The notes under the pieces are model-generated. The model was given only the letters and a program-made list of their open reading frames with translations, was not told where the DNA came from and did not search any database. A DNA stretch of 64,000 nt from a virus (lineage: Duplodnaviria; Caudoviricetes): IMG/VR virus record IMGVR_UViG_3300010052_000170, positions 5,927 through 69,926 of that record. One strand, given 5' to 3'. Shown one piece after another: positions 63,476 to 64,000 of the stretch. A program made the translations under genes and the position numbers. Each line of letters opens with the position of its first letter. Positions within the stretch are counted from its first letter, which is position 1.

Positions 63476-63715
63476 ATGCCCCACAAGAAGACGAAAGAGA
63501 AGATCTCGGAAGCTGGCCTGGCGAAGTTCGAGCGCGCGGCGTCTGTGCTGCGCGGGACGTTGCGGGAACTCGAAATGAGCGTCACCCCCTTCAAGGACCA
63601 CTACAGGGCATTAAGTGACCTGGGCGACAGTCTCAAGCGCACGGAGAACCTTTTGAACGATCGGCCTGCGGAGTATGTTGAGCAGCATCGGCCGGCTCTG
63701 TCAGGGGGCAAGTAA
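63476..63715 (+). CDS. Hypothetical protein
   Basis: 79 aa, helical; part of the operon. Confidence 0.6.
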   Translation: MPHKKTKEKISEAGLAKFERAASVLRGTLRELEMSVTPFKDHYRALSDLGDSLKRTENLLNDRPAEYVEQHRPALSGGK

Positions 63716-63721
63716 GGCACA

Positions 63722-64000
63722 ATGTCGAATGGAATGCTGTCCGGCTACCTTGCTGCCAAGGTGATCGTCGACTGTGACCAGTGCGGCGTCCACGCCCAAT
63801 ACGACAAGCTCGAGATGTTGGAGGTAGGCGGCGATCGGCCGCTCACGCTACTGCTTGCGGAGGTTGTCAGGCGTAAGGGCTGCACGCTGAAGGAAACGAT
63901 CTCGGCCTACGATAAGTGTGGCGCGGTTTATTCTAATCTGCCGGCGGAGAAGCCTGCGACGCAGTCGAATGCCTACGCAAAGGCCAAGGGGCAATTCTGA
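63722..64000 (+). CDS. Zn-ribbon hypothetical protein
   Basis: CDQCG..AQYD...LL.....KGC...DKCGAVY. Confidence 0.7.
   Translation: MSNGMLSGYLAAKVIVDCDQCGVHAQYDKLEMLEVGGDRPLTLLLAEVVRRKGCTLKETISAYDKCGAVYSNLPAEKPATQSNAYAKAKGQF

Larger units (their letters stand above)
1..64000. mobile_element. Temperate siphovirus-like phage/prophage; continues beyond the left edge, boundaries not seen
   Basis: Lambdoid gene order across the window: recombination, cI/cro, replication, terminase, portal, capsid, tail tube, chaperone, tape measure, fibre, lysis. No sheath gene and no host core genes. Confidence 0.95.

Noticed and set aside
1-64000. att sites, integrase, IS elements, rRNA
   Set aside because: No tyrosine or serine recombinase or transposase motifs, terminal repeats or rRNA-like sequence recognised; boundaries probably lie outside the window

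Overview
The whole window is a temperate, siphovirus-like phage or prophage. The host is probably in the Rhizobiaceae; this is inferred from multiple DUF982 genes and other small proteins typical of rhizobia. No host housekeeping genes, integrase or att site are visible. Layout from left to right: early-left recombination operon (HNH, DUF5131, RecT, RecE-like; minus strand); cI/cro switch with ATGCAT-N3-ATGCAT operators; early-right operon (HNH, ParB-like, N4-C methylase, RuvC-like, DnaB-like, PAPS-reductase-like) interrupted by antisense morons, including five of the six DUF982 copies; terminase, portal, P22-type capsid; tail genes with a GGGTTTT -1 frameshift; lysis genes; a right-end moron/SRAP cluster. 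The standout is a 6-kb accessory block between the tail chaperone and the tape measure gene. It holds a GHKL-ATPase/PD-(D/E)XK nuclease plus KAP NTPase pair, then an RHH-controlled operon with a Cas7/RAMP-like gene (43044-43697), an accessory gene (43694-44209) and a non-coding array of GGY-NN pentamers (44218-44590). GGCA register breaks split the array into 7 units, and a terminator closes it. Reading only the NN dinucleotides as codon positions 1-2, three units decode to near-matches of this phage's own genes. Unit 1 gives G-L-I-R-S-V-L-A-I-Y versus GLIRSVVAIY in the accessory gene, whose Leu/Arg/Ser codons use the alternative codon boxes. Units 6 and 7 match two segments of the tape measure gene at 17/22 nt each. 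This points to an RNA-guided, wobble-skipping system aimed at related phages, matching what I recall being described as VIPR. All calls come from manual motif reading; no database searches were run.
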